A stretch of DNA of 32,000 nucleotides from positions 540,001-572,000 of the forward strand of contig NZ_CP019384.1 in NCBI RefSeq assembly GCF_004102945.1. Direction: 5' to 3'. Position numbers and translations under genes: made by a program. Each line of letters starts with the position of its first letter. Position 1 is the first letter of the stretch. Positions 17,768 through 25,288 of the stretch are shown here, one piece after another. Source of the DNA: Candidatus Velamenicoccus archaeovorus. Lineage in GTDB: Bacteria > Omnitrophota > Gorgyraeia > Velamenicoccales > Velamenicoccaceae. The notes beneath the pieces were generated by a model. That model was not told where the DNA came from and ran no database searches. It worked only from the letters and a program-made list of their open reading frames with translations.

Positions 17768-18526
17768 ATGAAAACAAAAAAGCATGACGCCATTGTTTTG
17801 TCGAGCGGCCTGGAAAAGAATGCCCAGGCGTGCCTGGGCCAGTTATTGAAGCATGCGCCGCTCCCACCGGAAGAGATCCTGGACAACCTGGGCGTGTATC
17901 TGACCTCAAAGACTTTGTCGCGGCTTTTATTTTTTTATGAGATCTACCGCAAAGTCGTGGGCATGCACGGGGTGATCGTCGAATTCGGCGTGCGCTGGGG
18001 CCAGACCTTGTCGTTGTTGTCGGCGTTGCGGGGGATCTTTGAGCCGTTCAACCGCCACCGCAAGATCATCGGTTTCGATACGTTCGAGGGTTTTCGCGGC
18101 GTCAGTCCCAAAGATGGCGGCCGCATCAAGTGCCGCGACGGCTCTTTTTCCGTTCCGAAAGAATATGAGAAATACCTGGCCGAGGTCCTCGGCATCCAGG
18201 AAACGCTGAATCCGATGTCGCATATCAGGCGTTTCGAGCTGGTGAAGGGCGACGCGGTCAAGGCGGCTCCGGCGTATTTCAAGAAGCATCCGGAGACGAT
18301 GATCGCGCTGGCGATCTTCGACTTCGACATCTATGCGCCGACAAAGGCGGCTCTCAAAGCCATTAAGCCGTATCTGTCCAAGGGAAGCATTCTTGTGTTC
18401 GACGAACTGTGCGACGACATTTTTCCCGGCGAGACCCTGGCCTTGAAAGAGGTTCTGGGATTGAACAATGTCAAGGTCCAGCGCATGCCGATGACGTCGC
18501 GCATATCTTACATTGAGATTAAATAA
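17768..18526 (+). CDS. TylF/MycF-like SAM-dependent O-methyltransferase
   Basis: GVIVEFGVRWGQT and AIFDFDIYAPTKAALKAIKPYLSKGSILVFDEL match the TylF-type pattern (G.ivE.GV..G; D.D.Y.sT...L....p.l..Ggi...D). SD AAGGAGGG upstream. Confidence 0.65.
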   Translation: MKTKKHDAIVLSSGLEKNAQACLGQLLKHAPLPPEEILDNLGVYLTSKTLSRLLFFYEIYRKVVGMHGVIVEFGVRWGQTLSLLSALRGIFEPFNRHRKIIGFDTFEGFRGVSPKDGGRIKCRDGSFSVPKEYEKYLAEVLGIQETLNPMSHIRRFELVKGDAVKAAPAYFKKHPETMIALAIFDFDIYAPTKAALKAIKPYLSKGSILVFDELCDDIFPGETLALKEVLGLNNVKVQRMPMTSRISYIEIK

Positions 18527-18740
18527 CTACTTGAATGATTTAAAAAGATGCATTGATGAAAAATCAATGACAAATTCCTAATATCTAATGCCGAATCAAT
18601 GTCGAATCTCTTGACGCCCCAAAAACAATATGATTTTTTGATGTATGTTATCGAAATTCTTGAATAATTTTTTGGTTATTGGGAATTGAGGTTTTATTCG
18701 TCATTTGGATTTTGGAATTAGGCATTGGTCCTCATCGCGT

Positions 18741-19523
18741 ATGAATATGATGAACCTAGAGTGTCTGAAAATCAGAAAAGAGATCCTCAAGATATCGAGA
18801 GCCACGGGCCACGGCCATATCCCGTCGTGTTTTTCCGTCGTGGAGGTTTTGTGTGCGCTCTATGAGACGATCCGTCACGACCCGAAGAACCCTGCATGGG
18901 ACGAACGCGATATCTTTATCCTGAGCAAAGGGCATGCGAGCCTGGCCTTGTATTGCGTCCTGGCCCGGTTCGGTTATTTTGACATCTCGAAGGTTTATTC
19001 CTTCGGCCAGTTCGAATCTTCGTTTGGCTGCCATCCGGACCGTTTCAAGATCCCCGGTATCGAGGCCTCGACGGGTTCTCTCGGCCACGGCATCGGCATC
19101 GCCGTAGGCGCAGCCCTCGCCCTAAAGATCAAAAAGGAAAACGAGCGCCGCGTCTACACGGTGATCGGGGACGGCGAATCCAACGAGGGGAGCGTCTGGG
19201 AGGCGGTCATGGTCGCCACAAATCTGAAGCTCGACAACCTCACCGTGATCTACGATAACAATATGTCTCATGCCAGGGGTCTGCAGATCCCCAACCCCAA
19301 AGATCGTTTCAAGGCGTTTGGATGTTGTGTTTCGGAAGTGAACGGGCATGACCTCGCCGCCCTCAAAAAAGAGATTAGAAAGAAAGACCGCCGCGTGCGC
19401 GTGATCATCGCCCATACCAAAAAGGGTTACGGTTGCGCGGCTATGATGAAGGACCACTACGCCTGGCACCGCCGGGCGCCCAGCGACCAGGAACTTGAAG
19501 AATTTTGCAAGGAGTTAGGATAA
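18741..19523 (+). CDS. Transketolase, N-terminal (ThDP-binding) subunit
   Basis: GHGHIPSCFSVVEVLCALY, ILSKGHASLALYCVLA, GSLGHGIGIAVGAALA and GDGESNEGSVWEA. First ATG at 18741 (also 18747, 18750); the ORF track uses TTG 18705. Confidence 0.9.
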   Translation: MNMMNLECLKIRKEILKISRATGHGHIPSCFSVVEVLCALYETIRHDPKNPAWDERDIFILSKGHASLALYCVLARFGYFDISKVYSFGQFESSFGCHPDRFKIPGIEASTGSLGHGIGIAVGAALALKIKKENERRVYTVIGDGESNEGSVWEAVMVATNLKLDNLTVIYDNNMSHARGLQIPNPKDRFKAFGCCVSEVNGHDLAALKKEIRKKDRRVRVIIAHTKKGYGCAAMMKDHYAWHRRAPSDQELEEFCKELG

Positions 19524-19527
19524 CGTC

Positions 19528-20397
19528 ATGAGGAAACAGTTCAGGGACACAGTCCTCGATATCGGCAAGACGGATGTCAGGATCGTCATGGTCTTCGGCG
19601 ACGTCAGCGTCTATCTCTTCAAGGATTTCCAGGCGCTGTATCCGTCGCGTTTTTACAATATCGGCATCTGCGAAAACACCCTGATCAGCCTGGGCGCCGG
19701 TTTAAGCTCCCAGGGGTTCGTCCCATTCATCCATACCATCAATCCGTTCATCACGGAACGCAGTTACGAACAGGTCAAGCTCGACCTCTGCTATAACGGT
19801 TTTGGCGCCAACATCCTGTCCTGCGGCGCGTCCTTTGATTATGCCTGGGACGGGGCAACGCATCATGCGTATACGGACATGGCGATTTTGAGATTGTTGC
19901 CGCAGACAGAAATCATCCAGCCGGGTTCGCGTCACGAACTCGACGTTTTGTTGCGCAGCCAGTATGCCGACGGGAAGGTGACGTATTTCCGGCTGTCCGA
20001 CCATCCTCATGAGGTCGATATGCCGGTCAAATTCGGCCAGGCCGTTGTGTTGAAGGAAGGACATTCCAAAGTGACGGTCATGACCGCCGGGCCCCTTTTG
20101 GCCAACGTGCTGGAGGCGTGCCGCGACCTGGACGCCAATATCGTTTATTTCCACACGATCAAGCCGATCGACCATGCGGCCATCAGCCGTTTCCGCCACA
20201 CAAAAATCGTTGTCGTGCACGACGCCTTCGGGCTATTTGAGGCCGTCTGCGAGGTGCCGGATGTCCGGGCGAGTTATTACGGCCTGCCGGACAAGTTCTG
20301 TAGCTGGTACGGCACCCTGCAGGACATCCGCAAGAAAATCGGCCTGGACGCTTTTGCGATCCGGGAGCATGTCCTCAGGAAAATTCAGGAGAGTTGA
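19528..20397 (+). CDS. Transketolase, C-terminal (pyrimidine-binding) subunit
   Basis: NIGICENTLISLGAGLSSQGFVPFIHTINPFITERSYEQV and the C-terminal TK domain pattern. Starts 4 nt after the N-subunit stop. Confidence 0.9.
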   Translation: MRKQFRDTVLDIGKTDVRIVMVFGDVSVYLFKDFQALYPSRFYNIGICENTLISLGAGLSSQGFVPFIHTINPFITERSYEQVKLDLCYNGFGANILSCGASFDYAWDGATHHAYTDMAILRLLPQTEIIQPGSRHELDVLLRSQYADGKVTYFRLSDHPHEVDMPVKFGQAVVLKEGHSKVTVMTAGPLLANVLEACRDLDANIVYFHTIKPIDHAAISRFRHTKIVVVHDAFGLFEAVCEVPDVRASYYGLPDKFCSWYGTLQDIRKKIGLDAFAIREHVLRKIQES

Positions 20398-20402
20398 GCC
20401 TT

Positions 20403-21362
20403 ATGTTCTACAAAGATAAAAAAGTCTTGGTGACGGGCGGCACGGGGTTTGTGGGGCTGCACATCGTGCAGGAACTTTTAAAAGAGGGCGCGCGGGTGCG
20501 GATACCCGTGCATCGCAGGCCGCTGGTGGTCAAGGACGAGAGGATCGAGACGGTGCCGGCGGACTTGACGAATCCCCAGGATTGCTTGAGGGTGCTCAAA
20601 GATATCGAGATATGCTTTCATGCCGCAGGCGCTGTGGCCGCAGCCGCCGTCACGGCGGGGAACCCCATGGAGGCCATCATCGCCAATCTTGTCCTGACGT
20701 CCCGCATGCTGCAGGCGGCGTGGACCGCAGGGACAGATCGCTTCCTCGTTTTTGGTTCCTCGACGGGCTATCCGGCTGCGGATTATCCCATCAAGGAAGA
20801 CGAGATGTGGACAGGCCCGACGCACCCGTCGTATTTCGGCTACGGGTGGATGCGGCGTTATCTCGAGAGGCTGGCGGAGTATGTCGCTTCGAAATCCAAG
20901 GTCAAGATCGCCCTCATGCGGCCGACAGCCGTCTATGGGCGTTGGGATAATTTCGACCTCCAGACGGCCCATGTGATCCCGGCGCTGGTGCGCAAGGCCG
21001 TCGAGAGGACGGATCCTTACGAGGTGTGGGGGACGGGGGATGAGGTGCGCGATTTCCTGCACGTCAGCGATCTGGCCAAAGCGTGCCTTGTCCTCGCCGA
21101 AAAACACGCCGTCTGTGACCCCGTGAATATCGGTTACGGCAAGGTGGTGCGCATCAAAGAGATCGTCGAGAGCATCCTCAAGTCTGCCGGTTACCCCAAG
21201 GCGCGCGTGGTGTTCAATGCCTCCAAGCCGACGGCCATTCCTTTCCGCATGGTGGATACGTCCAAGGCAAAAAAGATCCTCGGTTTCGAGCCGCAGGTGA
21301 CGTTGGAGAAGGGGCTGGAAGACACGGTGCAGTGGTATCAACGGATGCGGGGCAAGATATGA
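20403..21362 (+). CDS. NAD(P)-dependent epimerase/reductase, GDP-L-fucose-synthase-like SDR (paralog 2)
   Basis: VLVTGGTGFVG, FGSSTGYP and HVIPALVRKAVERTDPYEVWGTGDEVRDFLHVSD. ATG at 20403; the ORF track uses TTG 20394. Confidence 0.8.
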   Translation: MFYKDKKVLVTGGTGFVGLHIVQELLKEGARVRIPVHRRPLVVKDERIETVPADLTNPQDCLRVLKDIEICFHAAGAVAAAAVTAGNPMEAIIANLVLTSRMLQAAWTAGTDRFLVFGSSTGYPAADYPIKEDEMWTGPTHPSYFGYGWMRRYLERLAEYVASKSKVKIALMRPTAVYGRWDNFDLQTAHVIPALVRKAVERTDPYEVWGTGDEVRDFLHVSDLAKACLVLAEKHAVCDPVNIGYGKVVRIKEIVESILKSAGYPKARVVFNASKPTAIPFRMVDTSKAKKILGFEPQVTLEKGLEDTVQWYQRMRGKI

Positions 21363-22342
21363 TCCAGCAGGATATCCTGAAGAATTTTCGCGGCAAAAAA
21401 ATCCTGGTGACCGGCGGCACAGGGCTGATCGGCCGCCAGGTCGTCGGTATCCTCTGCGGGGCGCAGGCGCGCGTGTCGGTCGTCTCTCTGGACTGCTTGA
21501 AGCCCGTGCCAGGCGTCCGTTATATTTATGGTGACCTGACGGATTTTATTTTTTGCAAAAAGATCACGCGCCGGATGGACTGCGTTTTTCATCTGGCGGG
21601 GATCAAGGGGTCGGCATCCGTGACGGAGAAAAAGCTGGCCAGCCACTTTGTGCCGACGATGATGATGAACGTCAATATGCTGGAGGCCTGCCGGCAGAAC
21701 CGCGTGGCCAAGGTCGTCTATACCAGTTCCATCGGCGCCTATGCCAATACGGATGTCTTTCGCGAGAAAGATTACCGTCTCGACAGCCTGCCCATGGATT
21801 TTGCGGGGTGGGCCAAGCGCATGGCCGAGTTGCAGGTCCATGCCTATCACGTGCAGTTCGGGATGGAGAATTTCGCCGTGGTGCGGCCGTGCAACGTCTA
21901 TGGGCCGGGCGATAATTTCGACCCCAATAATGCGATGGTGATCCCATCGCTTTTGTACCGTATCTACCATAAGGAAGACCCTGTCGTCGTCTGGGGCGAC
22001 GGCTCGGCCATCCGCGATTTTGCCTATAGCCGGGATGTGGCGGAAGGCGTCATCCTGGCCTTGCACCACGGCACCATGGGCGGGTTTGTGAACCTGGGGA
22101 GCGGCCGGGGCGTTTCCGTCCGCGAACTGGTGGAGACTCTGCACGGTTTTCTGAATTTTAATTATGTCTTTGATGCCTCTAAGCCGTCGGGGTTTCCCAG
22201 ACGGGTGATGGATATCACCCTGGCGCGGGAGCTCATCGGCTACGACCCGACGACAACGCTGCGGGAAGGCTTGGAGGAGACCTGGAAGTGGTTTATCCAC
22301 AACCAGAACGAGTTCAAAAAGAAAAAAAATTATTTTACGTGA
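21359..22342 (+). CDS. NAD(P)-dependent epimerase/dehydratase family SDR (paralog 3)
   Basis: ILVTGGTGLIG, YTSSIGAY, RPCNVYGPGDNFDPNNAMVIPSLL and VVWGDGSAIRDFAYSRD. ATGA overlap with the upstream stop. Confidence 0.8.
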   Translation: MIQQDILKNFRGKKILVTGGTGLIGRQVVGILCGAQARVSVVSLDCLKPVPGVRYIYGDLTDFIFCKKITRRMDCVFHLAGIKGSASVTEKKLASHFVPTMMMNVNMLEACRQNRVAKVVYTSSIGAYANTDVFREKDYRLDSLPMDFAGWAKRMAELQVHAYHVQFGMENFAVVRPCNVYGPGDNFDPNNAMVIPSLLYRIYHKEDPVVVWGDGSAIRDFAYSRDVAEGVILALHHGTMGGFVNLGSGRGVSVRELVETLHGFLNFNYVFDASKPSGFPRRVMDITLARELIGYDPTTTLREGLEETWKWFIHNQNEFKKKKNYFT

Positions 22343-22352
22343 TGAGGTTTTA

Positions 22353-22868
22353 ATGATGACCGTAGAAAGAACACAGCTGGAAGGCGTCTTGTTGATCAAA
22401 CCGGAGGCGTTCCGTGATTTCCGGGGAGAGTATGTCGAGATCTACAATGAGGAACTTTACCGCAAGAACGGCATCGAGGTCGCCTTCATCCAGGATGATA
22501 TCTCGATGTCTTATAAGAACGTCCTGCGCGGCATCCACGGCGATGATCTGACGTGGAAACTGATCTCATGTCTTCACGGGGAATTCTATCTTGTCGTCCT
22601 GAATTACGATAAGAGCTCCCCGGATTTCGGCAAGTGGCAGTCTTTCACGCTCTCTGATAAGAACAGGCACCAGGTCCTGGTGCCTCCCAAATTCGGCAAC
22701 GGTCATTTCGTCTTAAGTGAGAGGGCGATTTTTCACTACAAACAATCCACCTATTACGATCCCGGCAAGCAGTTTACCGTTAAATGGAACGATCCGCGTT
22801 TTAACATCTCCTGGCCTGTGAAGGACCCTATCTTGTCGAAGAGGGACGAGCTGGGAAGAAGGGGATAG
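22353..22868 (+). CDS. RmlC-like cupin sugar-nucleotide 3,5- (or 3-) epimerase
   Basis: LEGVLLIKPEAFRDFRGEYVEIY, VLRGIHGD, and HQVLVPPKFGNGHFVLSE..FHYKQSTYYD follow the dTDP-4-dehydrorhamnose 3,5-epimerase pattern. Confidence 0.85.
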   Translation: MMTVERTQLEGVLLIKPEAFRDFRGEYVEIYNEELYRKNGIEVAFIQDDISMSYKNVLRGIHGDDLTWKLISCLHGEFYLVVLNYDKSSPDFGKWQSFTLSDKNRHQVLVPPKFGNGHFVLSERAIFHYKQSTYYDPGKQFTVKWNDPRFNISWPVKDPILSKRDELGRRG

Positions 22869-23039
22869 TTTAATTCCGCCAGAGGCGGAAGGTTAAAGGA
22901 AATAAACGTTACTCCTCGCGTAATCATCTTGTCAATATCTGTCTGCGACCAGTCCTCGTAGAACTCGGACGGGCATCCAGATATTTCCAAGATACGCTCG
23001 GAGTTAATTCCGCCGGAGGCGGAATTAAGGAGACTTTAC
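22869..23039 (+). repeat. Structured intergenic element (family 2, short copy) with two TTAATTCCGCC hairpins, the second fused to the SD
   Basis: Imperfect hairpin at 22869-22897. Box AACGTTACTCCTCGCGT at 22905-22921. CATCCAG at 22974-22980 and TACGCTCG at 22993-23000. Perfect hairpin TTAATTCCGCC/GGCGGAATTAA at 23004-23028 running into AAGGAG (23027-23032), 7 nt before ATG 23040. Confidence 0.7.
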
Positions 23040-24038
23040 ATGGTTATCAGCCGAACACCATTTCGCATTTCATTCTTCGGGGGGGGCACGGATTATCCGG
23101 ATTGGTACAAACAGCATCCCGGGGCGACCTTGGCTACGACGATTGATAAGTACTGTTATCTGACCGTCGGTTACCTGCCGCCGTTTTTTGACTGCAATTA
23201 CCGCATCGTCTATTCCAAGCGTGAAATGGTGAAGAAGATCTCCGAGATCGAGCATCCGGCTGTGCGCGAGACGCTGCGTTTCATGGGGATCAAAAAAGGC
23301 ATCAGCGTCCAGCATGTCGGCGACTTGCCGGCCCGTACGGGGATCGGTTCCAGCTCGTCTTTTACTGTCGGGCTCCTCCATGGCCTCTATGCCGTCACCG
23401 GCAGGATGGTGTCGAAAAAACAGCTGGCGCTGGAGGCCATCGATATCGAGCAGAACTGGATGAAAGAGAATGTCGGTTCCCAGGACCAGGTGATCACGGC
23501 GTTCGGCGGGTTCAATAAGATCGAGTTTAAAGGAGCCAAGAACGTCGAAGTGACCCCCGTAACACTGGACAATAAGACGCTCAAGGCTTTCCAGGGTCAT
23601 CTTCTTTTGTATTTTACGGGTTTCTCGCGGCTGGCCTCGGAGATCGCCGGAGAACAGATCAGAAATATCCCTGCAAAGAAGAAAGAGCTCAAAGAGATGT
23701 ATGCCATGGTCGGCCGGGCGATGGACATATTGAATAAGCCGGGCGACGGGTTTGATGCCTTCGGCAGGCTTCTTCACGAGTCTTGGCAGATCAAGAGGAC
23801 GCTTTCGAGCAAGATCACCAATTCCCGCATCGACGAGATTTATCTGGCGGCGCGGCGCGCAGGCGCGATCGGCGGCAAGGTCCTCGGCGCCGGCGGCGGC
23901 GGGTTTATGCTTTTCTTCGTGAGACCCGAACGGCAGGCCGCATTCAAGAAAAAAATGAAGGGTCTCTTGCGCGTGCCTTTCAAGTTCGACGATCTGGGCA
24001 GCCAGATTGTCTACTACAGGCCGGACAATAATTTTTAA
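23040..24038 (+). CDS. GHMP-family sugar kinase, D-glycero-D-manno-heptose 7-phosphate kinase (HddA)-like
   Basis: SRTPFRISFFGGGTDYPDWY N-terminus, GHMP motif PARTGIGSSSSF, and C-terminal GGKVLGAGGGGFMLFF. Confidence 0.8.
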   Translation: MVISRTPFRISFFGGGTDYPDWYKQHPGATLATTIDKYCYLTVGYLPPFFDCNYRIVYSKREMVKKISEIEHPAVRETLRFMGIKKGISVQHVGDLPARTGIGSSSSFTVGLLHGLYAVTGRMVSKKQLALEAIDIEQNWMKENVGSQDQVITAFGGFNKIEFKGAKNVEVTPVTLDNKTLKAFQGHLLLYFTGFSRLASEIAGEQIRNIPAKKKELKEMYAMVGRAMDILNKPGDGFDAFGRLLHESWQIKRTLSSKITNSRIDEIYLAARRAGAIGGKVLGAGGGGFMLFFVRPERQAAFKKKMKGLLRVPFKFDDLGSQIVYYRPDNNF

Positions 24039-24294
24039 TGAGGTCGCTGTTGCGGCGAATAAGCCGCAACACGTTTAGCGACGTCCGCCGAGAGGGTGAG
24101 GCGGGCCGAGGTCGAAGCGCTTCCTTTGCTTTTTATTAAAGGTTAAGCGAGACGGATCATGCAGAAGGCGGCTGAGTTTCGAGGGTTGGCATAAGTCGCC
24201 CGGCCGAATTTTGAGAACCAAAATGTTTTATGCAGCAAAAATCCTGCGATTAGCAGGAAACCCCGTTCGCCTGCAAAATGAATTGTGAAACATT

Positions 24295-24440
24295 TCATGA
24301 AGCGTTTTGAGGCGAATCGGAGTATTCGTTATAGCGAAGTATGCGCGAATTAAATCTGCCAAAGTTTTAGTGGCGGATGGATCAGCGAAGCGTCCGCGAG
24401 TTAAACCCGCCGACGCAGTAATGGCGGCCGGGTGGATCAC
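24295..24440. repeat. Degenerate copies of the 80-bp-repeat hairpin-2 module (family 1)
   Basis: 24347-24384 GAATTAAATCTGCCAAAGTTTTAGTGGCGGATGGATCA aligns with 4341-4376 of the tandem unit with few changes. Weaker copies at 24301-24320 and 24398-24439. TAAGTC...GGCCGAATT at 24192-24210 matches unit positions around 4326-4344. Confidence 0.6.
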
Positions 24441-24462
24441 AAAGGAACCTTGACGCATTATC

Positions 24463-25266
24463 ATGACTCTCAAAGATTATCTTCAAACGCACTATGCGCA
24501 TCCCTTGGTCGGCCAGCTCGATCTGGACTCCCGGGAGGCGGTCGGGATCCATCGCCGTATCATCGAAGGCAATCCGCTTTTAAAAAGACACTATCTTTTC
24601 ATCTATGGTTCTTTTAAAAAAGCCGAAGAGGGCGTGAGAGGGTTGCCGCAACCTTCCCTGGAGATCGGCTCCGGCGGCGGGTTTTTAAAGGAGGTCATCC
24701 CGTCCGTCGTCACATCGGACGTTGTCGCCGGCGAAGGGATCGACAAAGTCGAGGACGCCTCGAAGCTGTCATTTGCCGATGCGTCCTTAAAGGCCGTTTA
24801 TGCCAATGCTGTCCTGCATCATATCCCGGAACCCGAACGATGTCTCGCCGAGATCGACCGCGTCCTGGTTCCGGGCGGCGTGTTCGTTTGTAACGAGCCG
24901 TCATCCACGGCTTTTGGGTATTTTATGAACAGGCATTTCCATCATGAGCACACGGACAAAACGGTGAAGGCGTGGCGTCTGACCGAGGAAGACGGCACGG
25001 GCAGGTTGAAAGGCGCCAACATGGCCATGCCTGCTATTATCTTCAGGAGGGACCGTCGGATATTCGAGAAAAAATTCCCGCGTCTGAAGATCAGGTCTAT
25101 TGTTTATCATGATTTTTTGAGATACACCCTTTCGGGAGGATTGAGTTTCCGGCCTTTTGTGCCGCGGGTCTTGTTCGGGGCGGTCAATATCCTAGAAGTA
25201 TTGACGAGGCCTTTGTTATTTTTGCTGGGCCATGCCATGATCGTGACGATTGAAAAAACTCGATAG
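24463..25266 (+). CDS. Class I SAM-dependent methyltransferase
   Basis: SAM motif I LEIGSGGGFL, a downstream acidic residue and the ANAVLHHIPEPE...LVPGGVF pattern (Methyltransf_11-like). Confidence 0.75.
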   Translation: MTLKDYLQTHYAHPLVGQLDLDSREAVGIHRRIIEGNPLLKRHYLFIYGSFKKAEEGVRGLPQPSLEIGSGGGFLKEVIPSVVTSDVVAGEGIDKVEDASKLSFADASLKAVYANAVLHHIPEPERCLAEIDRVLVPGGVFVCNEPSSTAFGYFMNRHFHHEHTDKTVKAWRLTEEDGTGRLKGANMAMPAIIFRRDRRIFEKKFPRLKIRSIVYHDFLRYTLSGGLSFRPFVPRVLFGAVNILEVLTRPLLFLLGHAMIVTIEKTR

Positions 25267-25288
25267 AGGCAGAATGAAGGAGTTTCCC

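Noticed and set aside
21338-22399. 353-aa minus-strand ORF (similar case at 16552-17448 and 20478-21341)
   Set aside because: It is antisense to SDR genes with Rossmann motifs on the + strand. The composition is typical of shadow frames.
24228-24473. 81-aa minus-strand ORF in the 24-kb intergenic region
   Set aside because: It overlaps degenerate repeat copies and the start of the methyltransferase gene, with no motif or SD support.
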